Positions 63,200 through 63,861 of a DNA stretch of 63,861 nucleotides are shown piece after piece (within the stretch, counting starts at the first letter, position 1; every line of letters begins with the position of its first letter). The notes under the pieces are model-generated. The model did no database searches, was not told the origin of the DNA, and saw nothing but the letters and a program-made list of their open reading frames with translations. This DNA is from Stegostoma tigrinum (Eukaryota): assembly GCF_030684315.1 (NCBI RefSeq), contig NC_081369.1, positions 548,828-612,688 of the forward strand, in the 5' to 3' direction. The position numbers and the translations under genes are program-made.

Positions 63200-63861
63200 G
63201 ATCAGCAAGGCGTTCGATAAGGTTCCCCACAGTAGGCTATTATACAAACTGCAGAGGAATGCAATTGTGGGAGATGTAGCAGTTTGGATCGGAAATTGGC
63301 TTGCTGAAAGAAGACAGACGGTGGTAGTTGATGGGAAATGTTCATCCTGGAGACCAGTTACTAGTGGTGTACCGCAAGGGTCGGTGTTGGGTCCACTGCT
63401 GTTTGTCATTTTTTAAATGACCTGGATGAGGGCGTAGAACGATGGGTTAGTAAATTTGCAGACAACACTAAGGTTGGTGGAGTTGTGGACAGTGACGAAA
63501 GATGCTGTAGGTTGCAGAGAGACATCGGTAAGCTGCAGAGCTGGGCTGAGAGGTGGCAAATGGAGTTTAATGCGGACAGGAGTAACCGGAAGGCAAAATA
63601 CTGGGCTAATGGTAAGATTCTTGGTAGTATAGATGAGCAGAGAGATCTCGGTATCTGTGTACACAGATCCTTGAAAGTTGCCACCCAGGTTGACAGGGTT
63701 GTTAAGAAGGCATACAGTGTTTTAGCTTTTATTAATAGAGGGATTGAGTTCCGGAACCAAGAGGTTATGGTGAAGCTGTACAAAACTCTGGTGCGGCCGC
63801 ACTTGGAGTATTGTGTACAGTTCTGGTCACCGCATTATAAGAAGGATGTGGAAGCTTTGGA
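63200..63861 (+). mobile_element. Young CR1 RT fragment running off the window
   Basis: SKAFDKVPH...[13 protein letters not shown]; same subfamily as 32841-34406; frameshifted. Confidence 0.92.

Noticed and set aside
63072-63416. 114-aa ORF as a novel fusion gene
   Set aside because: Chance in-frame junction of a possible gag-like remnant with a CR1 RT fragment that frameshifts soon after.

Overview
Repeat-rich vertebrate genomic DNA, most likely from a shark or other elasmobranch (HE1-type SINEs, CR1, Rex1 and Penelope remnants). The + strand holds the last seven coding exons of CIAPIN1 (anamorsin), 241-12601; its start lies upstream of the window. On the - strand, convergent with CIAPIN1, is a cluster of three 3-exon chemokine-type loci that the ORF track largely misses because they are spliced. 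One is a degenerate or atypical chemokine (18158-13689) whose N-terminal CC motif is broken. Two are intact CC chemokine paralogues (24019-21682, 98 aa; 53927-51740, 132 aa) carried on a ~10-11 kb segmental duplication, with an identical cysteine core but different C-termini. The layout mirrors human CIAPIN1 facing CCL17-CX3CL1-CCL22. Other notable features: many short Penelope-derived insertions with 12-15 bp target-site duplications, several carrying minimal hammerhead ribozyme cores; a duplicated CIAPIN1 splice donor with a nearby antisense copy; a triple CRE minisatellite; a locally templated inverted insertion; and an internally scrambled CR1. Repeat boundaries are approximate, read by eye.
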